Sequence record: ON286972
Origin: Escherichia phage A4
Strand: one strand, 5' to 3'
DNA length: 64,000 nt
This document shows positions 25,818 to 34,380 of the stretch, piece after piece. The translations under genes and the position numbers were made by a program. The notes beneath the pieces are model-generated. The model saw only the letters and a program-made list of their open reading frames with translations, ran no database searches and was not told where the DNA came from. Position 1 is the first letter of the stretch. Each line of letters starts with the position of its first letter.

Positions 25818-27143
25818 ATGAGCGAACAACAAGATATCCTGAACGTAAAACTGACTCCTAAGAAAGCAAAAATGGCTATGGCTCTGGCAGATAAAATTCA
25901 GGATAGTCTGATGATTTGGGGTAGCCCTGGTATCGGTAAGTCTGCGATTGCACGTCAATACGCTGACGAGAACTATCCTCTTCGTAAGGATAACTTGGCT
26001 AAAATCGAGTTCATGAAACAACAAATTGAAGTTGATACTGAAAATGCTGATGCACTTCGCCGCGAACTGGCAGCGTTTGAAGCAAAACTGATTGACCAAG
26101 ACACTAACTTCATCGACTTCCGTCTGTCACAGATTGAACCAAGTGACCTACGTGGTATCCCAGTCCCTGAAAAAGTGTTCCTGGATATGGATGGCAAACA
26201 ACTGATTGAATCTGAACTGGAAACAGCTAAAGATTACATTGCTGAAACAGCAGTTGTATGGGCAGCACCTAAAGTACTGAAACTGTCTCCAGATTGGAAA
26301 GGTGTTATCCTGTTTGACGAAATTAACTCTGCTATGCCGATTGTACAGGCAGCGTCTTATCAGCTAATCCTCGACCGTTGTGTTGGTGAGATGAAGCTAC
26401 CTAAGACTGCACTGATTCTCGCAGCAGGTAACCGTGAAACTGATGGCGGCGTAACGTTCTCTCTGGCAACGCCACTACGTGACCGTATGACCCACATCGA
26501 AATGGTTCCTTACCATCAAGATTGGATTGACGATTACGCGATTGCTAAGCGTTTGAACCCAGGTACTGTTGCGTTCATCAACAACACTGGTGCTAAGTAC
26601 TTCAACACCCTTAGCCCACAAGATCCTTCTCACAGTGGTGGTACTTCTCCACGTTCATGGGAAGCAGTAGCACGCTACGAAGACCTGAAGAAAGGCAACA
26701 ACATTGATAAAGAAGTGTTCCGTGCTCTAATCGCTGGTCGTGTTGGTGAAGGTGTAGCAACTGAATATATCGAATACGTAGAAAACGTATCTAAACTACC
26801 AGATACTATGTCCATCCTACAGGGTGAGATTAAAGAGATTGATGCAACGCTGGATATTTCTGCGAACTACTTCATCTCTCTGAATCTGGTTTATAAAATT
26901 ATCGACCTGTACAATGAGAAGCAAGAACAACGTCTTCCAGTTGAAGAGTGGGGCAAGCTGTGCAACAACTTCATCACCTTCCTGGACCGTAACTTCTCCG
27001 AAACTCAGGCAGAACTGGCAGTACTAGCAATTCGTACCATCACTCAACATAAGGTAGCGATTGCGTACAAAGATGTTCCAGCGTTCAAAGACTTCGTTAT
27101 GAAGTACTCTGACCTAGTACGCAAAGCACGTTCTCTTGGTTAA
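25818..27143 (+). CDS. AAA+ ATPase, MoxR/CbbQ-like
   Basis: Walker A GSPGIGKS, Walker B VILFDEIN, sensor region LAAGNRE; 441 aa. Confidence 0.85.
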   Translation: MSEQQDILNVKLTPKKAKMAMALADKIQDSLMIWGSPGIGKSAIARQYADENYPLRKDNLAKIEFMKQQIEVDTENADALRRELAAFEAKLIDQDTNFIDFRLSQIEPSDLRGIPVPEKVFLDMDGKQLIESELETAKDYIAETAVVWAAPKVLKLSPDWKGVILFDEINSAMPIVQAASYQLILDRCVGEMKLPKTALILAAGNRETDGGVTFSLATPLRDRMTHIEMVPYHQDWIDDYAIAKRLNPGTVAFINNTGAKYFNTLSPQDPSHSGGTSPRSWEAVARYEDLKKGNNIDKEVFRALIAGRVGEGVATEYIEYVENVSKLPDTMSILQGEIKEIDATLDISANYFISLNLVYKIIDLYNEKQEQRLPVEEWGKLCNNFITFLDRNFSETQAELAVLAIRTITQHKVAIAYKDVPAFKDFVMKYSDLVRKARSLG

Positions 27144-27166
27144 TAACTAAAAGAATGTTTGACAAG

Positions 27167-27193
27167 AAGGATGCCACATGGTATCCTTCTTTT
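27167..27193 (+). terminator. hairpin between the MoxR and VWA genes (attenuator-like)
   Basis: AAGGATGCC / GGTATCCTT stem (one G-U), ACAT loop, then CTTTTATCTT. Confidence 0.35.
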
Positions 27194-27217
27194 ATCTTAA
27201 CTAAACGAGGAAATATC

Positions 27218-28621
27218 ATGTCCGATAAGAAATTTAGCGACGTAACACCACAACTCCAGAAAGAATGCCAAGACCGTTTGATTCTTGCTCGTACTTCTCT
27301 GATGTTAACTGCTCCATTCTTTGGTGTACTGGCTTCACGTCTGCGTCCAGTTGCAAACAATACATGGTGTCGTACCTTAGCAGTAGATGGTAAACATTTA
27401 TTCTATAACGTAGAATTTATCATGGGTATTCAAGACCCAAGCAAGAAAGAAGCATACGAAGAAGCAATTCGTGAGAAGCATCCTGAAGTAACTGAAGAAC
27501 AATTGAAAGAAATGACCGAAGGTTTGACTGATGAAAACCTGATTGCAGTTATCTGTCATGAAATTCTTCACTGTGCATACGATCACTTCCTTCGTCGTGG
27601 TATGCGTGACCCACAACGCTACAACCGTGCAGCAGACTACGCAATCAACCAAATTATTGTTCGTGAAAAAATTGGTAAGATTCAAAGTCAATGGTTGTAT
27701 GATAAGAAGTATGATGGTATGACCGCCGAAGAGATTTATATTCTTCTAGAAGAAGAAGATAAACAAGATCAAGATGAAGGTGAAGGACAACCACAATCTG
27801 GTAGTGGTGAAGGTGAAGGTAAATCACGCGGTACTTTTGGTGATATCCAAAATGGTAAAGGCAAAGGCACTACCATTGACCAACACGATGTACCACAAGA
27901 TGGTGAAGGTGGTGCATCTGAAGCACAAAAACGTGAATACATGGACGATTTCAAAACAGCAATGATGAATGCTGCTCGTGCAGGTGGTACTCCTGCTGAA
28001 ATCGCTCGTATGATCAATAACTTTAAAGAACCAAAAATTGACTGGCGTTCTAAACTTCAACGTACTCTTCGTAGCTGGTTGAAGTCCGATGCGACCTATC
28101 AAAGCCCAAGCCGCCGTTCGTGGGGTGCTGGTTTTGGTTCTAACGGTTCATTCTACGGGAATCCAATCTTCCCAGGTATGAAACCAGATGACGATATTGA
28201 TATTGCAATTGCACTCGATGCATCAGGCTCTATCAGTGAAGATATGCTTCGTGATTTCATCAGTGAAGTACTAGGCATCACTAAACAATTCAAGCAGTTT
28301 AAAATTCGTATCATGACATTTGATACTGAAGTTTATACTGTGATGGATTATAAAACTGGTGAAGAACGTAAGATTCTTGAATATCCAGTTAAAGGTGGTG
28401 GCGGTACTGACTTTGAAGCAGTTTGGGTTCACATGAAGCATGACAATTATAAGCCTAAACAGCTTATCATGTTTACCGATGGTGAACCGTGGCAGTCATG
28501 GGGTGATCCTAACTACTGTAAAACACTGTTTGTGATTCACAGTAACCCGAACAAAGTAGCACCATTTGGTGAAACTGTTCACTACGAATATGAAGCGGAC
28601 AAAAAACGCCAACGTTCGTAA
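27218..28621 (+). CDS. VWA domain protein with N-terminal metallopeptidase-like (HExxH) domain, MoxR partner type
   Basis: HEILHCAYDH zincin-like motif; MIDAS-like DASGS followed by a VWA-type segment; ATG 27218 with GAGG RBS (track start 27155 precedes a hairpin). Confidence 0.8.
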   Translation: MSDKKFSDVTPQLQKECQDRLILARTSLMLTAPFFGVLASRLRPVANNTWCRTLAVDGKHLFYNVEFIMGIQDPSKKEAYEEAIREKHPEVTEEQLKEMTEGLTDENLIAVICHEILHCAYDHFLRRGMRDPQRYNRAADYAINQIIVREKIGKIQSQWLYDKKYDGMTAEEIYILLEEEDKQDQDEGEGQPQSGSGEGEGKSRGTFGDIQNGKGKGTTIDQHDVPQDGEGGASEAQKREYMDDFKTAMMNAARAGGTPAEIARMINNFKEPKIDWRSKLQRTLRSWLKSDATYQSPSRRSWGAGFGSNGSFYGNPIFPGMKPDDDIDIAIALDASGSISEDMLRDFISEVLGITKQFKQFKIRIMTFDTEVYTVMDYKTGEERKILEYPVKGGGGTDFEAVWVHMKHDNYKPKQLIMFTDGEPWQSWGDPNYCKTLFVIHSNPNKVAPFGETVHYEYEADKKRQRS

Positions 28622-28631
28622 AAATAAATAT

Positions 28632-28660
28632 AGAGAACGATTCGTCGTTCTCTTTTATTT
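28632..28660 (+). terminator. rho-independent terminator after the VWA gene
   Basis: AGAGAACGA / TCGTTCTCT perfect stem, TTCG loop, TTTTATTTT tail. Confidence 0.7.
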
Positions 28661-28667
28661 TATAATT

Positions 28668-28695
28668 GGGACAACCCAATTAACTATGATATAAT
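28668..28695 (+). promoter_or_regulatory. sigma70-like early promoter
   Basis: GGGACA, 16-bp spacer, TGaTATAAT. Confidence 0.5.
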
Positions 28696-28728
28696 GGAAA
28701 TCGTAATAACATACATGGAGAGTAATAT

Positions 28729-28971
28729 ATGAGTACTGAAAACAATGCACAAGACGAAGTAATCCTAGACCTAGTTGACCTAATCAACGCTGCTCGTATT
28801 ATGGAATCTGCGGTTGCACGTAATGCGTTTCAAGTTGATGAACTAGTGAACGTAGCACCAATTGTTTCCAAGTTCGTTAAATTTGCTGATAAAGCACTTG
28901 CTGATATCAAAGAACGTGAAGAAGCTGCTGCTCAAGCACAAGATACCGCTGGTACAGAAGGGGAAGAATAA
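28729..28971 (+). CDS. hypothetical protein
   Basis: 80-aa ORF after a promoter-like site. Confidence 0.5.
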   Translation: MSTENNAQDEVILDLVDLINAARIMESAVARNAFQVDELVNVAPIVSKFVKFADKALADIKEREEAAAQAQDTAGTEGEE

Positions 28972-29627
28972 TGGCTGCTATTCGTCACACAGGTGTAATT
29001 CGTAATACTGGTTCTCGTGTTTTCGTTGTTTGGCGTTCACTTCCAGATGATCATGATCATTGTCTAGTTGTGTATCGTGACTCACTTCCAGAAGCATATG
29101 TATCTGCTGTAACCGATTTAGTTATGGGTCGTGGACAAGCTTCTGTTGAACTTTGGGAAGTTATGCATCAAGTAGGTTATCTCGATGGTCGTAAAATGCT
29201 AGATGTTCTTCACAATCTACAATATCTACGTAAAGTCCGTACTTGTGATATTGACATGCACACTGGCGGTAACAACAAGATTTCACTTGATGTACTGAAT
29301 GATGCAATCGACGGTAATGAAAGTAAAAAACATGAAGATGGTAAAGTAAAAGATTACAACCCATTCAATCCACAAGTTCAAGATACAAAAGTCGAAGATG
29401 AAACTATTGTTGATGAACTACTAAAAACTGCTGCAAAATATGATCAACTAGCTAAAGAGCATTATGAGCGTGCTTATAACCTAGAACCTTCTCTTCGTCC
29501 CAACGAAACGAATGTGAAAACTGATTCTGATAAGAAAGTTTTTTACATTGAACTTCCAGAAGGTATTTCTCAAACCAAAGCAATTGAGAAACTAAAACTT
29601 GTTTTTGCAGAGCGTAAGAATGGCTAA
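28971..29627 (+). CDS. hypothetical protein
   Basis: 218-aa ORF. Confidence 0.5.
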   Translation: MAAIRHTGVIRNTGSRVFVVWRSLPDDHDHCLVVYRDSLPEAYVSAVTDLVMGRGQASVELWEVMHQVGYLDGRKMLDVLHNLQYLRKVRTCDIDMHTGGNNKISLDVLNDAIDGNESKKHEDGKVKDYNPFNPQVQDTKVEDETIVDELLKTAAKYDQLAKEHYERAYNLEPSLRPNETNVKTDSDKKVFYIELPEGISQTKAIEKLKLVFAERKNG

Positions 29628-29925
29628 AGTTACTAGAGAAGATATCATTCTCAAAATAACTGAAGAAAGACAGAAACAAATAGATAATCCAAATACATTA
29701 TCTGATACACTTAAAACAAAGAATGATTGGGCTTCCTTATGTGCCTATTATCTCTTCGAAGGGGCAACTCGCCCCGATAAGCATGTATCATTCGATGAAT
29801 TTAGAGAGTCCTTAATCAAAGCTGGTGCTGTCATTTTGGCAGCCCTTGAAACCAGTTTCGCATTAGAGGATGAGAAATTACAAGAATTAATGTCTGCTTT
29901 GGAACATAAGAATGACGATAAATGA
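29620..29925 (+). CDS. hypothetical protein
   Basis: ATG at 29620 overlapping the previous stop (ATGGCTAA); track ORF from 29599. Confidence 0.45.
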   Translation: MAKVTREDIILKITEERQKQIDNPNTLSDTLKTKNDWASLCAYYLFEGATRPDKHVSFDEFRESLIKAGAVILAALETSFALEDEKLQELMSALEHKNDDK

Positions 29926-30502
29926 ACTTGATGAAGCAATCAAGGGATTAACTAATACATTTTATAGCGGTGGTGCACAAGGTGCAGACCGCTTTTTCAC
30001 TTTATATGCTATGGAAAATGGTTTTAATGTAATTAACTTTTCATTCAAAAATCATAATCATAGTGTTGATGAAAGTACTATATTAGAAATCCCATCTTAT
30101 ATTTTGAATGATAGTTCTATTCTACATCAACTAAACATGGCATGTTATTCATTACAACGCCGTGTACCTAAACCTGGCTCGTATGTTTATAATCTATTAG
30201 CTCGTAATAGATATCAAATTTTAAACACAGAGAGAGTTTATTGTATGGCTTCACTTGTTTCACCTACTCAAGTTAGTGGTGGTACTGCATGGGCTGTACA
30301 AATGTATATTGACAGTACTGATAATCCTGAAATATACTGCTATGACATTAATGACAGAAAAGTATATTCATATAATCCAGTACTAAAAGAATTCGAAGAA
30401 ACCGCATCAGTACCTAAGCCGCATGGAAATTGGACGGGAATAGGCTCAAGAAATGCACAAGAAAAGCATATGATGCACTTTACAACATTTTTTCAAGGAT
30501 GA
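29912..30502 (+). CDS. hypothetical protein, possible SLOG/DprA-like Rossmann fold
   Basis: N-terminal YSGGAQGADRFF resembles the glycine-rich SLOG motif; weak assignment. Confidence 0.4.
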   Translation: MTINELDEAIKGLTNTFYSGGAQGADRFFTLYAMENGFNVINFSFKNHNHSVDESTILEIPSYILNDSSILHQLNMACYSLQRRVPKPGSYVYNLLARNRYQILNTERVYCMASLVSPTQVSGGTAWAVQMYIDSTDNPEIYCYDINDRKVYSYNPVLKEFEETASVPKPHGNWTGIGSRNAQEKHMMHFTTFFQG

Positions 30503-30505
30503 ACA

Positions 30506-31435
30506 ATGAAACAACTACAAGAACTATATCAAAAAATTCTGGATGAAGGCGTAGAAAGTACTGATCGTACAGGTGTAGGTACTATCAAACTAATCGGTCA
30601 ACAAATGCGTTTTGACCTTCAACAAGGCTTTCCAGCAGTGACAACCAAACGTTTAGCTTGGAAAGCAATGACTTCAGAATTATTATGGTTCATTGAAGGT
30701 TCTCATGATGAGCGTCGCTTGTGTGAAATTCTACACGGCACTCGTGATTGGGAAAAGAAAACAATTTGGACAGACAACTACCTTAATCAAGGTGTAGCTC
30801 TTGGATATTCTAATGGTGAGCTTGGACCAGTTTATGGTAAGCAATGGCGTGAATGGGAAGATTATAAATTCAGTGCCAGTACTGTAGAAATTCAGGAATT
30901 GAAAGATAAAGGTTATAAAGTAATTGATTATACTGGTTCACATGGTGTTGTTATGCGTCGTGTTACTGACCAACTAAAACAAGTCATTGAAGGTATCAAA
31001 GCAGATCCATACGGTCGTCGTCACATTCTAAGTGCCTGGAACGTTGGTGAGCTTGATGATATGACTTTACCACCCTGTCATAGCTTCGTACAGTTTTGTG
31101 TCGTACAGGGTAAGCTAAGCTGTATTCTGCATCAACGTTCAGCAGATCTATTTTTGGGCGTACCATTTAACATTAGTAGCTATTCACTACTAACACATAT
31201 GATTGCTCAAATTACAGGTTTAGATGTTGGTGAGTTTATTTGGAATGGTGGTGATTGTCACATTTACAAAAACCACGTTGAACAAGTAAAAGAACAACTT
31301 CAACGTGAACCACGTGAATTACCAGAACTATGGCTAGATCCTTCAATTACCGATATTGAAGATTTTACAATGGATTCTTTCAAACTTTTGAATTACAATC
31401 CAATGCCAACAATTAAAGCACCAATGGCTGTATAA
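30506..31435 (+). CDS. thyA: thymidylate synthase
   Basis: Active-site region PPCHSFVQF and QRSADLFLGVPFNISSYSLLTHMIAQ, C-terminal CHIYKNH, all hallmark ThyA motifs. Confidence 0.92.
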   Translation: MKQLQELYQKILDEGVESTDRTGVGTIKLIGQQMRFDLQQGFPAVTTKRLAWKAMTSELLWFIEGSHDERRLCEILHGTRDWEKKTIWTDNYLNQGVALGYSNGELGPVYGKQWREWEDYKFSASTVEIQELKDKGYKVIDYTGSHGVVMRRVTDQLKQVIEGIKADPYGRRHILSAWNVGELDDMTLPPCHSFVQFCVVQGKLSCILHQRSADLFLGVPFNISSYSLLTHMIAQITGLDVGEFIWNGGDCHIYKNHVEQVKEQLQREPRELPELWLDPSITDIEDFTMDSFKLLNYNPMPTIKAPMAV

Positions 31436-31440
31436 TAGAA

Positions 31441-31468
31441 AAGGGAGACAAATGTCTCCCTTTTTTTA
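31441..31468. terminator. bidirectional terminator between thyA and the convergent fiber gene
   Basis: AAGGGAGAC / GTCTCCCTT stem flanked by A-run and T-run. Confidence 0.65.
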
Positions 31469-33439
31469 TTTCACGGTTACTAATGTTCTTCCTGCAAAAC
31501 GAACATCAGGAGAAGAAGGAATACTATAAACTACACCAGTTAATGTAAACTTAACACTATCAACATCAACTTTAACAAATTCATCAGTTGTTACTTGTTC
31601 TTGAATTTCAGCATTAACTATATCAGTTTCTGGAACTGTCAGTCTGTAATATGCACCATCAAGTACCCAATTATCAACAGTGAATAATGTAGTTCTTACT
31701 GTACCAGAACCAATCGGAACCCATTTACCATCAACTTTCTGCATTGATGTTCTATTCTGTTCAGAGTACGCAATCATACCATCAACACCTTCACTGTCAT
31801 TAACAGTTGTTAGTACTGGCAATTGGATACCATAACGGTTAATACGTGTACGCAACACATTACTGTCATATACAGATAAATCCGCATAACCACGAACATC
31901 CATACGCAATTCACCGTTTAGTAGTTTCATATTAATATCGTTGGTAACGTGTGCAAATCTAAATGAATTACCACTGGTTAGCAGGATTCCATTAAAATTA
32001 TTATTAGCATTGTTAAAATTAGTTTCTTTATTAAACGTGGACACCGAGTTAACTGTTAATAAATTAGTTGAACTACCAGTTCCTAATATAGTATTACCTT
32101 TAACGTTCAAATTACCATTAGTTGTAACATTTGAAACCGCCGTAACATCACCCGTTAAAGTACTAATACCATCAACTTCTAAGTTTCCATGTAATTTGGT
32201 TACACCATTTTGCATTTCAACTTGTACTTTGTTCATAGAACTAAATGACAAAATATTATTTTCCCCACTAATACCAACATTTGTATTAGAATTATTAGCA
32301 AAACGTAATGTTGGTGCGGTTGCGGGTGCAGTGGTGCTTTGATATAAATTCAAAGAACCGTTTGTTACTCGCACACGTTCAACACCTGCTGTGGTTAAAC
32401 CAATAGCGGCATCTGCTGGGTGGAAAATACCAGTTTTTGTGTCAGTCCATTTACTTGGATCGTTTCCTGGGTTAGTATTTGGGTCATATGGAGCGTTATT
32501 AAAGCCTATAGCTGGCTCTGTAGCACTACCATAAGTTACCCCTAGTCTTCCTTTGCCTATCAGTCCATCATCAACCATAGAGTCACCAGTGCGGCGTAAG
32601 CCCTCTAATACGAGGTTATCTAAGGTAGTTTGAACTGTACCTGCGTTGGTACTGAATTGACGTTGACTACCAACCATGATAGTGTTATCATACAGTACTG
32701 AAGAAGCTGAAATACTAGCTCTTGACTGACGTAGGCGAATGTTTTTAGTTTCAGTGATGATAATCCAGTCACTATCAGCTAATGCAGTTTGGCCTTGTGG
32801 TGTTAAAGATGTATCAAACGGTGTAGTGATCGATTCATCTTGTGCCAAATTCACAAGACCTTCATGACCACTTGCTGGGATTGCAGTTGTTACAATACGA
32901 GCAAATGCATAACTTACCAATTTTTTAGTTGGTTCAATTGGGTTTTGATCTATATAATATAGAATTTCAATCCAATCACCTTGACCAGTTGGGTTCACTG
33001 GTGTGAATTTAACTGGATTTGTTGTAGGGGTATTTTGTGTATAGTGCTCTTGTGCGGCATCCATAATACCACGAACTACATAATAATCACCATTCAAAGA
33101 AACTGATGGTGCAGGTAATGCAGCATAGGATGCGGGTGGGTTTGTATCATCTTCAATAGCATCATATGTACCAAGGAATTGCAATCCACTTGTTACAGAA
33201 TCTGGTAATTGAGATGACAATAGTTTACCATTTGCATCTAGGTTTGCAAAACGTCTATACGCAACTGAACCATCTTCAAATTCGAGAACACCTTCGAATG
33301 CTTTCCATTCAGTGTTGTATCGAATCATACCTGTACGCATTTGGTCTGCTGTTACTATCGTTGGGGCTTTTGGTAGTTCAAGGAAAGCTTTGCTATCTAT
33401 GATAACACCACCATCACCACGAATTCTATTAATTGACAT
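31466..33439 (-). CDS. putative tail fiber / receptor-binding protein
   Basis: 657 aa, Thr/Asn/Gly-rich beta-rich composition, first gene of the minus-strand fiber locus. Confidence 0.5.
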   Translation of the reverse strand: MSINRIRGDGGVIIDSKAFLELPKAPTIVTADQMRTGMIRYNTEWKAFEGVLEFEDGSVAYRRFANLDANGKLLSSQLPDSVTSGLQFLGTYDAIEDDTNPPASYAALPAPSVSLNGDYYVVRGIMDAAQEHYTQNTPTTNPVKFTPVNPTGQGDWIEILYYIDQNPIEPTKKLVSYAFARIVTTAIPASGHEGLVNLAQDESITTPFDTSLTPQGQTALADSDWIIITETKNIRLRQSRASISASSVLYDNTIMVGSQRQFSTNAGTVQTTLDNLVLEGLRRTGDSMVDDGLIGKGRLGVTYGSATEPAIGFNNAPYDPNTNPGNDPSKWTDTKTGIFHPADAAIGLTTAGVERVRVTNGSLNLYQSTTAPATAPTLRFANNSNTNVGISGENNILSFSSMNKVQVEMQNGVTKLHGNLEVDGISTLTGDVTAVSNVTTNGNLNVKGNTILGTGSSTNLLTVNSVSTFNKETNFNNANNNFNGILLTSGNSFRFAHVTNDINMKLLNGELRMDVRGYADLSVYDSNVLRTRINRYGIQLPVLTTVNDSEGVDGMIAYSEQNRTSMQKVDGKWVPIGSGTVRTTLFTVDNWVLDGAYYRLTVPETDIVNAEIQEQVTTDEFVKVDVDSVKFTLTGVVYSIPSSPDVRFAGRTLVTVK

Positions 33440-33458
33440 TATTGACTATCCTCATACA

Positions 33459-33477
33459 ATTATATCAAGTATTTATT
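33459..33477 (-). promoter_or_regulatory. promoter-like region for the 657-aa fiber gene
   Basis: Minus strand AATAAATA followed by extended -10 TGaTATAAT about 20 bp upstream of ATG 33439. Confidence 0.35.
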
Positions 33478-33490
33478 TTAAGAAAAAGAA

Positions 33491-33512
33491 AAGGCCAACC
33501 ATAGTTGACCTT
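33491..33512 (-). terminator. rho-independent terminator (minus strand)
   Basis: Minus-strand AAGGTCAAC / GTTGGCCTT stem (one G-U) followed by a T-rich run. Confidence 0.5.
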
Positions 33513-33520
33513 AGTGTTTA

Positions 33521-34309
33521 TTAATTACGTACTGGGATCTTAGATTGATCTGGATATACAAAAGTTGCTGCTTTTTGTGCATCAAAAATAGTAGTTGCTG
33601 CATCAATTGCAGTTTGTTGTGCAGTTGCTGCATCAAAGTAACCGTCGATTTGTGCCAATAGACCATTGAAAATTTCAACCATCTCATCACCATCAACTGT
33701 TACAATCTCACCACTATCTAGATAGATATTAATAGTTTGGGAACCATTAATCGCTTGTGTATAATAGTTGTTTAACATCTGACGACCATTAACATCACTA
33801 GGGAATGTTACATCAACTGTTCCGTCAGCATTTTTATAATGATAACCACTATTAATTAAATTATCTCGTTCATATGCGGTTCTTTGCTTCAAATCAGCTT
33901 TAACATCAGCCAAATCCATATCAATGTAGGTTTGTGTTTTTACTGCTGTTAATGCTGCATATGGTGCTACTTCGGTTTCGTTAAATGTAACTACTGCATC
34001 ACCTTCAATTTTGCGATATTCAAGGTATTCACCCTTTGAATTTCTATCGCCAACAGATACATATTCTAACCACCAAAATCCTTCTTTCTTGCGAACTTCA
34101 TCAGCATTTTGTGGGATTACTGCATTTGGGGTTATTTTTATTCCATACAATGGTCTAATATCACTATATGTGTAATGATATTTACCATTAGGATCATTGG
34201 GTGGTTGTGGACTAAATGAAAGACCTTTTACATTTTTTGGATTTGAAATAATGCTTCCTAGTTTATAATCTGCTGTTGAACTACCACTTACATATGTAAA
34301 TTGAGCCAT
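33521..34309 (-). CDS. hypothetical virion protein
   Basis: 262-aa ORF between fiber genes, GAGGT RBS. Confidence 0.5.
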   Translation of the reverse strand: MAQFTYVSGSSTADYKLGSIISNPKNVKGLSFSPQPPNDPNGKYHYTYSDIRPLYGIKITPNAVIPQNADEVRKKEGFWWLEYVSVGDRNSKGEYLEYRKIEGDAVVTFNETEVAPYAALTAVKTQTYIDMDLADVKADLKQRTAYERDNLINSGYHYKNADGTVDVTFPSDVNGRQMLNNYYTQAINGSQTINIYLDSGEIVTVDGDEMVEIFNGLLAQIDGYFDAATAQQTAIDAATTIFDAQKAATFVYPDQSKIPVRN

Positions 34310-34346
34310 AATATTACCTCATTAAAAATTAAATTATTTACAAAGA

Positions 34347-34368
34347 GGTACAGGAAAAATCCTGTACC
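34347..34368 (-). terminator. hairpin after the large fiber gene
   Basis: GGTACAGG / CCTGTACC perfect 8-bp stem, 6-nt loop. Confidence 0.45.
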
Positions 34369-34380
34369 AATTATTTTATA

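Noticed and set aside
25794-26197. Minus-strand ORFs overlapping the MoxR promoter and start
   Set aside because: They overlap a strongly supported plus-strand gene with clear ATPase motifs and have no start signals.
27155-27217. Upstream ATG that would extend the VWA gene by 21 codons
   Set aside because: The extension would contain the inter-gene hairpin and lacks an RBS, whereas ATG 27218 has a GAGG RBS and starts the conserved domain.
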